A stretch of 64,000 nucleotides of DNA from an uncultured Candidatus Saccharibacteria bacterium (lineage in GTDB: Bacteria; Patescibacteriota; Minisyncoccia; Minisyncoccales; JANBVM01), in contig CAYVDD010000001.1 of NCBI GenBank assembly GCA_964450805.1, forward strand, positions 329,288 through 393,287, in the 5' to 3' direction. This document shows, piece after piece, positions 55,652 to 62,445 of this stretch (positions are counted from its first letter, which is position 1; each line of letters opens with the position of its first letter). The position numbers and the translations under genes were made by a program. The notes under the pieces are model-generated. The model made no database searches. It was not told where the DNA came from and saw only the letters and a list, made by a program, of their open reading frames with translations.

Positions 55652-55748
55652 TTTTTAACTTTCTTAAATCGAATTTAATTAATAATTTTTTAACCTTTTT
55701 TACTTCTTGTCGCGTCGACCATTCCCTCAAAACATTTAATAATATGCA

Positions 55749-55799
55749 TTGAGTGAAACTCACGACCTTACGTATTAGTCACGAGATATTTACACTCAA
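55749..55799 (-). promoter_or_regulatory. long imperfect stem-loop in the 5' leader of the giant surface-protein gene
   Basis: Minus strand UUGAGUGUAAAUAUCUCGUGAC-loop-GUCGUGAGUUUCACUCAA. The inner stem pairs only via G-U wobbles on the minus-strand RNA; they would be C/A mismatches on the plus strand. Confidence 0.4.
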
Positions 55800-55939
55800 G
55801 CATTGTTTATCGGAGAAATACGACTTTCAAATGCTAATTAATAAAAAATCGCAAGAATCTATATTCTATAAATCTGAATGTAATGATTTTAATACTAACA
55901 CATTGTCAAAGAAAATTCCTGTGGAAAATTATTTTCGCA

Positions 55940-56632
55940 CTATCTTTGACTTAAATTCAAAATACCTACCAAAGCATCAAAATACTTTCCATCTTCAAGA
56001 TATCCCTTTATTTCCTTCAGAATCTCTTGCTTTTCTTCAGTTAAAGTATTTTCTTCTAAAGCCAGAATTTCTCGTTCAATTATCTGAGTTAAAGCATTAT
56101 CATATTCTTCTGTATCAATCTTGGTTGCTAAAACCTGTTCTATCTTCTCTTTATTCTCCTCTAATTGCTTTACCTGAACAATAATTTGTTCATTAACTTC
56201 TGTCACATTTGCCAGATTCTTTGCAGCTTCAACAGTTTCAAGCTTAAATTCATTCACAGCAGGAGCCAGTTTTTGAGCCTGATTCTCTTCACTAATCATT
56301 GCTAATTCTATCAGTCTCTTATTCGCTAAAAGCAAGCTTAATCTTGGCTTGTCCTGCTCAGAAGCAAACATTGTTTGGCCTTTTTCAGTAATTTTCTTTA
56401 CTTTAAACAGTAATTCACCAGGCAAGGCATTCTGGGAAAACTGAATTAAACCAAATATCAGGAAAATGCAAAACAGACCAGCATAAACTGGTTTCAATGT
56501 TGGGAATAAACCAAATCCTAGATCTTCTCCTAAAATTTCCTTTTTAGTTGATATTACGAACTCTTTTCTAGGCTTTATTTGGTTTAATTTCTTTATATTT
56601 CTAATCAGTTGAATGTCATTCATAAGAGTCAA
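55940..56632 (-). CDS. single-pass membrane protein, anti-sigma-factor candidate with helical extracytoplasmic domain
   Basis: One TM helix (VYAGLFCIFLIFGLIQF) and a long E/K/Q-rich helical C-terminal domain. Sits immediately downstream of the ECF sigma gene. Confidence 0.5.
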   Translation of the reverse strand: MTLMNDIQLIRNIKKLNQIKPRKEFVISTKKEILGEDLGFGLFPTLKPVYAGLFCIFLIFGLIQFSQNALPGELLFKVKKITEKGQTMFASEQDKPRLSLLLANKRLIELAMISEENQAQKLAPAVNEFKLETVEAAKNLANVTEVNEQIIVQVKQLEENKEKIEQVLATKIDTEEYDNALTQIIEREILALEENTLTEEKQEILKEIKGYLEDGKYFDALVGILNLSQR

Positions 56633-56694
56633 TAAAGTAAGTAAAACAGAATATAGCTATCCTATAATATTATGACGTAAAAAGCAAAGACTTA

Positions 56695-57207
56695 TTACAC
56701 TTGTTCTATTCTGTTTTTTAATGCTTTTAGAGCTCTGTGAAGCAGCACTCTGGTTGCTTGTTTTGATTTATTTAAAATCTCTGATACTTCAGATATAGAT
56801 AAATCATTTAAATAATGCCAGATAATAATATTTTGATAGTCCTCTTTTAAATGAAGCAGTGCTTGTTTTACTTTATCCATATCTGAATTTAATAGAACAT
56901 GCTTTTCTAAGTCCTGTGAAGAATCAATAATAGTAGGAACAGAAGGATTATTTGTTGATACTATATTAACCCTGGCTTTTTGTCTATAGTGGTCAATAAC
57001 CAAATTATTTGCTGTTTTATATAAAAAAGCTCGGACATTCTTAATTTCATCCTGGTTTTCTTTAAAAACTACCCAGGTTCTAGAAAAAGTCTCTGAAGTT
57101 AAATCTTCAGCTATTTCTTGAGAGTTTACCTTTAAAAATACAAATTTATATATTTTATTTATATATCTATTGTATATCTGACCGAACTTTTTTCGAGAGT
57201 CTGACAT
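56695..57207 (-). CDS. ECF-type RNA polymerase sigma-70 family factor
   Basis: 170 aa with region 2 (IYNRYINKIYKFVFLKV...AEDLTSETFSRTW) and a region 4 HTH (LSISEVSEILNKSKQATRVLLHRALKALK). Confidence 0.8.
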   Translation of the reverse strand: MSDSRKKFGQIYNRYINKIYKFVFLKVNSQEIAEDLTSETFSRTWVVFKENQDEIKNVRAFLYKTANNLVIDHYRQKARVNIVSTNNPSVPTIIDSSQDLEKHVLLNSDMDKVKQALLHLKEDYQNIIIWHYLNDLSISEVSEILNKSKQATRVLLHRALKALKNRIEQV

Positions 57208-57237
57208 GTAATTTATATTAACTAAATAGTTCTATAA

Positions 57238-57289
57238 TAGGACAATGTCCTAATAATTATACTTAAATGTAGTGTCCTATATTGTCCTA
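57238..57289. promoter_or_regulatory. cluster of TAGGACA/TGTCCTA repeats (candidate operator) upstream of the ECF sigma gene
   Basis: Palindrome TAGGACAATGTCCTA (57238-57252) plus TGTCCTA at 57273-57279 and 57283-57289. A TATAAT lies between them on the minus strand. Confidence 0.4.
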
Positions 57290-57957
57290 TCTGTTTTGAG
57301 TTTGTAAAAAGTAGTGTTTTTTTTCCCTTTTCTTTCTACTAACCCATCTTTTAATAATTTTCTGAAATCACGACGCAGAGTTCTTTTACTCACATCTGGA
57401 AAAGAGTCTTTTACCTCCCAAACTTGAACACCTTCTTTTTGCTTTAAAATATCTAAGATTCTTTTCTGCCTGTCACTAACCTCTATATTACTTTTTTCCA
57501 TAGTAGGCGGTTCAGATACAATAAGTGGTTCAGGTAAAGGAACACTACTAAGGCCTTGATTAAGCTGAATAGGAGATGAAGCTGTTTCTACAATTTCTTT
57601 TTTTTCTTGGTCTTGTTTTTCTTGTTCCTGTTGTTCTTCTTGTTTTTTTGGCTCTTTTAGGCCTTGTTTGATGTTTTTATAGTCTTGCTGAAGATTTAAG
57701 ATATCAACTGGCTTTACCCAATTCTGCTCTTTAGCAATCTCAAAAAAACTATCTAAAACTTCAAATAAATTATGGGAATTTTCAACAAGCCCTGGGCTTA
57801 TTAGAGGATTAGAAACAGGGTTAAAATAAGTAATGGAATTAGCCAGAATCTCATCAGCTAATTCCCTCATTTTAAATCTTAAAGGCTCTTTTTTAGGAAA
57901 AAGAAGTGTCAGTCTGTATAGTTCATTTGTTATTTCAACTACATGATTTTTGTCCAT
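57277..57957 (-). CDS. winged-helix (DeoR-type HTH) DNA-binding protein with N-terminal helical-bundle domain and acidic/Gln-rich linker
   Basis: C-terminus DRQKRILDILKQKEGVQVWEVKDSFPDVSKRTLRRDFRKLLKDGLVERKG. Start taken as ATG 57957 (MDKNHV), because the ORF-track TTG start is the -35 box of its own promoter. Confidence 0.65.
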   Translation of the reverse strand: MDKNHVVEITNELYRLTLLFPKKEPLRFKMRELADEILANSITYFNPVSNPLISPGLVENSHNLFEVLDSFFEIAKEQNWVKPVDILNLQQDYKNIKQGLKEPKKQEEQQEQEKQDQEKKEIVETASSPIQLNQGLSSVPLPEPLIVSEPPTMEKSNIEVSDRQKRILDILKQKEGVQVWEVKDSFPDVSKRTLRRDFRKLLKDGLVERKGKKNTTFYKLKTDRTI

Positions 57958-57973
57958 ATTATTTATACTAACA

Positions 57974-58002
57974 ACTATATCAAAAACAAAAAAATTGGTC
58001 AA
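57974..58002 (-). promoter_or_regulatory. sigma70-type promoter (TTGACC-17-TATAGT) for the HTH gene
   Basis: Minus strand TTGACC (58002-57997), 17-nt spacer, TATAGT (57979-57974). The ATG is 16 nt downstream. Confidence 0.55.
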
Positions 58003-58004
58003 AA

Positions 58005-58140
58005 AAAATACAACAATACTATTATGGAATAATCTCTGGAAAACTTAATAATAACTTGTTTAAAACTCTGTGGAATTTTTGTGTACCTTTTGTGTGTTTT
58101 TTGTTATATATTTGTTATCTATTTGTAATAGAGTCTTTGG
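58005..58140. repeat. ~135-bp intergenic module 'Y', copy A (between divergent promoters)
   Basis: Colinear by-eye alignment with 58989-59120: aaaatacaaca..tggaa.aatctctggaaaa..ttaataacttgtt.aaa..ctgtg.aatttttgtg...ttttgtgtgttt.ttgt.atat.t.tta.ctatttgtaataga..ctttgg. Confidence 0.7.
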
Positions 58141-58141
58141 T

Positions 58142-58170
58142 TTGACAAATTTAATAAAATATTATATAGT
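58142..58170 (+). promoter_or_regulatory. sigma70-type promoter (TTGACA-17-TATAGT) for the 75-aa membrane protein gene
   Basis: TTGACA 58142-58147 and TATAGT 58165-58170. A strong SD (AAGGAGGTGA, 58195-58204) precedes the ATG at 58209. Confidence 0.6.
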
Positions 58171-58208
58171 TCAAGTATTAAAATTTAAAAAAATAAGGAG
58201 GTGATTGA

Positions 58209-58436
58209 ATGGTAGAGCTAGAGTTTATCATATTATTAACAATAACGTTGTTTGGTAATTTTGCGGTGTTAACGTTCGCATATGAGTTCTTAGGAAAAGT
58301 TTTCCAAAGAGATAAAAAACAAAAGATTTGTTTATTTATTATCCTGGTTTGGGGAATGGTTTTTTTCTCTGTAATACTAATTTGGCTCTCATATAAACCC
58401 TACATAGTATTATTCCAAGTAGTGTTTGTAGAATAA
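58209..58436 (+). CDS. 75-aa two-TM small membrane protein, unknown function
   Basis: Consensus promoter, a perfect SD at correct spacing, two hydrophobic helices, and its own terminator. Confidence 0.7.
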   Translation: MVELEFIILLTITLFGNFAVLTFAYEFLGKVFQRDKKQKICLFIILVWGMVFFSVILIWLSYKPYIVLFQVVFVE

Positions 58437-58473
58437 TATTTTTTTAGTTCTTTTTATAGGTTTGAAAAAGGCG

Positions 58474-58498
58474 AAACTGCTTTTAAAAGCAGTTTTTT
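58474..58498. terminator. rho-independent terminator
   Basis: AACTGCTTTT/AAAAGCAGTT perfect palindrome followed by a T-run. Confidence 0.75.
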
Positions 58499-58618
58499 AT
58501 CTTAATGAAATAATAGATATTCTCTAATATTAATATATTTTTTTATTTCTTTCTTTTCTTCGTTTCATTATATTCAACTCGTCCGAGGGACGGACGATAT
58601 TAAAACCTTTTTAAGGAG

Positions 58619-59014
58619 GTAATCAACAAAAACCGCCTTAATAGAATAATATATATAAAAAAATACGGCTTATTTAACTTCGCCGTTTTTAACGGTTTTC
58701 CGAAAAAAAATGAGATTATGTATAAATAAATACCTCTTCCCAGTTCGAAAAGGGTAATTTTGTCTTTTTTTCTTTCTCCTCTTTCACTTCTTGTTCTTCT
58801 TCTTTCATTATAAAATAGACCTCTTTTTTTCTTTTATTTTTTAATTAATGTTTTATTTTTAGATGCTACCAATACTTATTAAAAAGTCAAAACCCGAATC
58901 AGAGGATTGGGTTTTAACAACTCGGAGTAGGACTCACTTCGATAAATTCAGAGGAAACTTCTCATCCCTAAACAGAATATCTCAAAATAAAATACAACAG
59001 CACTGTTGTGGAAA
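58619..59014. repeat. ~400-bp direct repeat 'X', copy 1 (upstream flank of the RM gene)
   Basis: Aligns colinearly with 61661-62100. Identical runs of ~53, 37 and 37 nt are separated by substitutions and a 33-nt indel. Confidence 0.85.
58716..58808 (-). CDS. 30-aa acidic/Lys-rich micro-protein (paralog of 61773-61898)
   Basis: Own translation MKEEEQEVKEEKEKKTKLPFSNWEEVFIYT*, with an AGAGG upstream. The paralog differs by an in-frame 11-codon indel and keeps the stop position. Confidence 0.45.
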   Translation of the reverse strand: MKEEEQEVKEEKEKKTKLPFSNWEEVFIYT

Positions 59015-59120
59015 AATCTCTGGAAAAGCTTTTAATAACTTGTTAAAAATCCTGTGTAATTTTTGTGCATGTTTTGTGTGTTTGTTGTATATTTATTACC
59101 TATTTGTAATAGAACTTTGG
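58989..59120. repeat. ~135-bp module 'Y', copy B (fused to the end of X copy 1, upstream of the RM gene)
   Basis: See copy A; the same order of conserved blocks. Confidence 0.7.
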
Positions 59121-59201
59121 CAAGTATCCCAGCGGCAGGGCTTTGCAGATGTGTTTTTCTTTGCTAAGATTAAATTAGATTTAGCAATTGTGGAAAACTT
59201 T

Positions 59202-61592
59202 ATGAATAAGTTCAATTTCAGCAAAATCCAAGTTTCAACGGAAGAAGATGTAAAAGTTAAAATTATTGCAAAGTTGTTAAAACATTTAGGATTTTCTGAA
59301 AACGTTTCTGGTGAGGTAGAGTACGACAAACCTATTTCTATTGGTAGAGGTAGACACGTATATCCTGATATAGTCGTTAATATAAACAAAGCCCCCGCTT
59401 TTGTTATTGACTCTAAAGCCCCAAACGAAAATCTTGACTTTTATAAAGAGCAAGTAATTTCTTATGGATTACTTTTAAGAGTGCCCTATTCAGTTTTGTG
59501 TAATGGTCAGGAATTAAGGGTTTATGATACAAGAACTGAAGAGGTTGTTTGGAATAAGGATGTATCTGTATTTCCAAAGTTCTTAAGTAAAAAAGGTTTA
59601 GTAGAAAAGATTAAGAAATCCATTGATACTCTTACCAAAGAACAAGAAGAGAAAGCAAAAAAGACTTTATCGGTTTTTGAGGGCATCAGAGAATTTTCTT
59701 CAATCTTTTACAAATGCGAAGATTTAATAAGAGATATTGATGGCCTTACAGGTGCTGATGCATTCGATGAATTAAGCATGTTGCTCTTTACTAAAATGTA
59801 TGAAGAACAAAAAGCACTTGAAGAAAATAGAAAAAGTAGATTTATTATAAGTGAACAGACAGATGCACATTATATCAAAAATGATTTATTCAAAAGGGCT
59901 GTAGATGATAATCCTGATATTTTTGAGGGAAATGAGAAAATTACATTAGATAATGAAACTGTGAAGGGTATTACTAAATTATTACAAGATTATACTCTTT
60001 TAGAGACAGATGTTGATGTTAAGGGACGGGCTTTTGAGATTTTTCTTGGTAAAACTTTTACTGGTAAGTTGGGTCAATTCTTTACTCCTCGAACTATAGT
60101 TGATTTCATGGTCAATTTTGTAAACCCAACCAGGCTATCTAATGGTAAAAACTTATATTCTGTTATAGACCCCGCCTGTGGAAGCGGTGGTTTTTTAATT
60201 CGTGTTTTCACTCATATAGCAAATCAAATTAAAGAGATAGAGAAAGATAGCGATAAGAGAAAAGAGGCTTTAGACATTTTATCAAAACAACAGCTTTTTG
60301 GGGTTGATATAAACCCTCGTTTAGTCAGGATTGCTAAAATGAATATGGTACTACATGGAGATGGGCATGGAGGTATTTTCCGCCACAATGGATTAAAGAC
60401 ACATCAACACGAACGTCTCATTGGTAAAGAATTTGATTTGGTAATCACGAATCCACCTTTTGGCAATAAAGATAAGGGAGATATATTAAAAGAGTTTCAG
60501 TTGGGCAAATATACTACTGGTAATCCTCCAGAACAGGCGAGAGAAATTTTGTTTATTGAAGAGTGTATAAAATTATTGAAAGAGAATGGTGAATTAGCCA
60601 TTTTACTTCCTGATGGCATTCTCAATAATTCTCGATTGAATTATGTTAGAGAATTTATTAAAAAGCACACCATAATTCAGGCGATTATTAGCTTGCCGGA
60701 TAGAGCTTTTAAGGCTTCGGGTGCAAATAGTAAAACCAGCGTTATTTTCGTTAGAAAAAAAAGTAATCACGAAACACAAAAACCAGTATTTATGGCTATT
60801 GCAGAAGAGGTGGGTTATGATAGACAAACTAAAGAAGCTAAGGCAATAAGCCAAAACGATTTACCTTTAATATTAAAACAATATAAAGATTTCTTAACCA
60901 CTCAAACTTATAGGTCAATCCAATCAAACATTGATAAGGTTTATATTATATCTGAAGAGCCAGCTTCTTTTATGATTGACTCGGATTTATTAGATAAAAG
61001 ATTAGATGCTACTTATTTTTACTCAAAACATGTATTCAAGTTAGATGTGCCAAGTATTAAGTTATCAGACATAGCTTATTTATCGGAAGATAGAATAAAT
61101 CCAGAGAAGTATTCAAAAAGAATCTTTAAATATATGCAATTCAGTGATGTAGAAAAAAGACTCGGTAGTATTGTCTCCTGGTCAAATTATGCAGGTGATG
61201 AGATGCCATCGAGGGCACGAATGTTAATAAAGTCAGGCGATGTAATAGCGGCTAAGGTAAAAGATAGTGAAGAAAATGTAGCTATTATTCCAAAAGAGCT
61301 AAACGGAGAAGTTGTTTCAACTGGGTTTGCTGTTTTGAGACCGAAGAAAGGTGTTGCGTCTGAAGTATTATATGTCTTAATGAGGCTTAAAAGCACTTTC
61401 AATCAAATTAGATGGATGGTAGCTGGTACAATCCAGCCAGCGATTAAAGATGAAGATTTGATGCAAATTATATTACCGAAATTAAATAAAGGAACACAAG
61501 ATAAAGTTATCAAAAGAATTAAAAAGATTGAGAAAGCACGAGAAAAAGTCAGAAAAGAACTCGAGGAAGTAGAAAAAATAATAATTGATTAA
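59202..61592 (+). CDS. single-chain restriction-modification enzyme: N-terminal PD-(D/E)xK nuclease (HSDR_N-like) + gamma-class N6-adenine DNA methyltransferase (HsdM-like) + one HsdS-like target-recognition domain (Type IIG/IIB-like)
   Basis: YPDIVV...FVIDSKAP (PD...DxK), VIDPACGSGGFLI (motif I), VITNPPFG (motif IV), and a C-terminal TRD ending in a coiled-coil tail. Start set at MNKFNF (59202), because the upstream 113 codons of the ORF-track model lie in repeated intergenic DNA. Confidence 0.8.
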   Translation: MNKFNFSKIQVSTEEDVKVKIIAKLLKHLGFSENVSGEVEYDKPISIGRGRHVYPDIVVNINKAPAFVIDSKAPNENLDFYKEQVISYGLLLRVPYSVLCNGQELRVYDTRTEEVVWNKDVSVFPKFLSKKGLVEKIKKSIDTLTKEQEEKAKKTLSVFEGIREFSSIFYKCEDLIRDIDGLTGADAFDELSMLLFTKMYEEQKALEENRKSRFIISEQTDAHYIKNDLFKRAVDDNPDIFEGNEKITLDNETVKGITKLLQDYTLLETDVDVKGRAFEIFLGKTFTGKLGQFFTPRTIVDFMVNFVNPTRLSNGKNLYSVIDPACGSGGFLIRVFTHIANQIKEIEKDSDKRKEALDILSKQQLFGVDINPRLVRIAKMNMVLHGDGHGGIFRHNGLKTHQHERLIGKEFDLVITNPPFGNKDKGDILKEFQLGKYTTGNPPEQAREILFIEECIKLLKENGELAILLPDGILNNSRLNYVREFIKKHTIIQAIISLPDRAFKASGANSKTSVIFVRKKSNHETQKPVFMAIAEEVGYDRQTKEAKAISQNDLPLILKQYKDFLTTQTYRSIQSNIDKVYIISEEPASFMIDSDLLDKRLDATYFYSKHVFKLDVPSIKLSDIAYLSEDRINPEKYSKRIFKYMQFSDVEKRLGSIVSWSNYAGDEMPSRARMLIKSGDVIAAKVKDSEENVAIIPKELNGEVVSTGFAVLRPKKGVASEVLYVLMRLKSTFNQIRWMVAGTIQPAIKDEDLMQIILPKLNKGTQDKVIKRIKKIEKAREKVRKELEEVEKIIID

Positions 61593-61660
61593 CAAATTAT
61601 GAAGAAACCTTCAACTGGTGTCTGCTTCTTCAACCACTACTGCTTTTGCCTTGCCCTAGA

Positions 61661-62100
61661 GATAATCAATTAAAACTACCTTAAATGAAGCACAATAGAA
61701 TAATATATAATAGTAAAAAAATACGGCTTATTTAACTTCGCCGTTTTTAACGGTTTTCCGAAAAAAATTAGATCAGGTAAAAGAAAATACCTCTTCCCAG
61801 CTAAAAAAAGGCAATTTTGTCTTTTTTTCTTTCTCCTCTTTCACTTCTTTCACTTCTTCCCAGCCTAATTCTGCTAATTTTTTAATATCTTCTTTCATTA
61901 TAGACCTCTTTTTTATTTTATTTTTTAGTTAAATGTTCTATTTTTAGATGGTACCAATACTTATTAAAAAGTCAAAACCCGAATCAGAAGCTCGGGTTTC
62001 AATAACTCGGTGGTAGGACTCCCTCCGGTAAACCCAGAAGAAACTTCTCATCCAACAGAATATCCCAAAACGAAAACACAACAGCTTATTTGTGGAAAAA
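61661..62100. repeat. ~400-bp direct repeat 'X', copy 2 (downstream flank of the RM gene)
   Basis: See copy 1; offset ~3.05 kb. Confidence 0.85.
61773..61898 (-). CDS. 41-aa acidic/Lys-rich micro-protein (paralog of 58716-58808)
   Basis: Own translation MKEDIKKLAELGWEEVKEVKEEKEKKTKLPFFSWEEVFSFT*, with an AGAGG 6 nt upstream of the ATG. Confidence 0.45.
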   Translation of the reverse strand: MKEDIKKLAELGWEEVKEVKEEKEKKTKLPFFSWEEVFSFT

Positions 62101-62338
62101 AAGAAAAGGGATGAAAAAAAGCTCACCCCAAAATAACTACTAAACTTAATGAACTACTACATGAACTACATGAACTATACGAAACGAAATAACGAACACT
62201 ACCCTTTTTTTCATCACCTCTAGTCTATTAATATATATTTTATTATTCAAAAAAATTTGTCAATTGTGGAAAAATAAACAAGAGACAATTTGTCTCTTAT
62301 AGGATTAAAAAATTATCTTTCTTTGTGTTTAAATATAA

Positions 62339-62440
62339 TTAATACTGAAAAGCGTAATAAAGCATCCAGCCAATCACAAAAAAGGCAATTATAAGGTCGA
62401 ATAAAAGAAATATGCCGCCTTTTTGAAAATTAATTTGCAT
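62339..62440 (-). CDS. 33-aa hydrophobic single-TM micro-protein (tentative)
   Basis: Own translation MQINFQKGGIFLLFDLIIAFFVIGWMLYYAFQY*. It starts 6 nt after the stop of the upstream HtrA-like gene. Confidence 0.3.
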   Translation of the reverse strand: MQINFQKGGIFLLFDLIIAFFVIGWMLYYAFQY

Positions 62441-62445
62441 AGATT

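Noticed and set aside
55753-56184. 143-aa plus-strand ORF
   Set aside because: Half of it overlaps the anti-sigma-like gene on the opposite strand, and the rest lies in the leader of the giant gene. It has no RBS and no recognisable motifs.
58863-59201. N-terminal 113 codons of the ORF-track model for the RM enzyme (909 aa)
   Set aside because: This stretch lies in the duplicated X/Y intergenic modules, whose second copy has no such frame. Its translation is Cys/Phe-rich and not protein-like. The HSDR_N-like domain begins right after the internal MNKFNF start at 59202.
61599-61673. 24-aa Cys-containing ORF (MKKPSTGVCFFNHYCFCLALEIIN) just after the RM gene
   Set aside because: There is no ribosome-binding site and no counterpart before repeat copy 1. 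The sequence also forms a GAAGAA/TTCTTC hairpin, so it is probably a 3'-UTR structure.
58619-62100. CRISPR array or IS element as an explanation for the repeats
   Set aside because: There are only two long (~400 bp) diverged copies with a gene between them. There are no short regularly spaced repeats, no terminal inverted repeats, and no transposase, integrase or cas genes.
61944-62126. 60-aa minus-strand ORF in repeat X copy 2
   Set aside because: It covers the conserved hairpin leader. The equivalent frame is not open in copy 1, so conservation there is better explained at the DNA/RNA level.
62146-62176. Short tandem repeat ATGAACTA(C/T) x3
   Set aside because: It has only three imperfect units in unique intergenic DNA. 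That is too short to call a functional or phase-variable repeat without population data.
55920-62273. Chromosomal replication origin (oriC) suggested by several DnaA-box-like TTTTCCACA motifs in AT-rich intergenic DNA
   Set aside because: There is no dnaA, dnaN or other origin-linked gene in the window. Genes on both sides of the region are on the minus strand, so there is no strand-bias switch. The boxes are spread over 6 kb rather than clustered. I keep it only as a minor alternative in the motif finding; GC-skew on the full contig would settle it.
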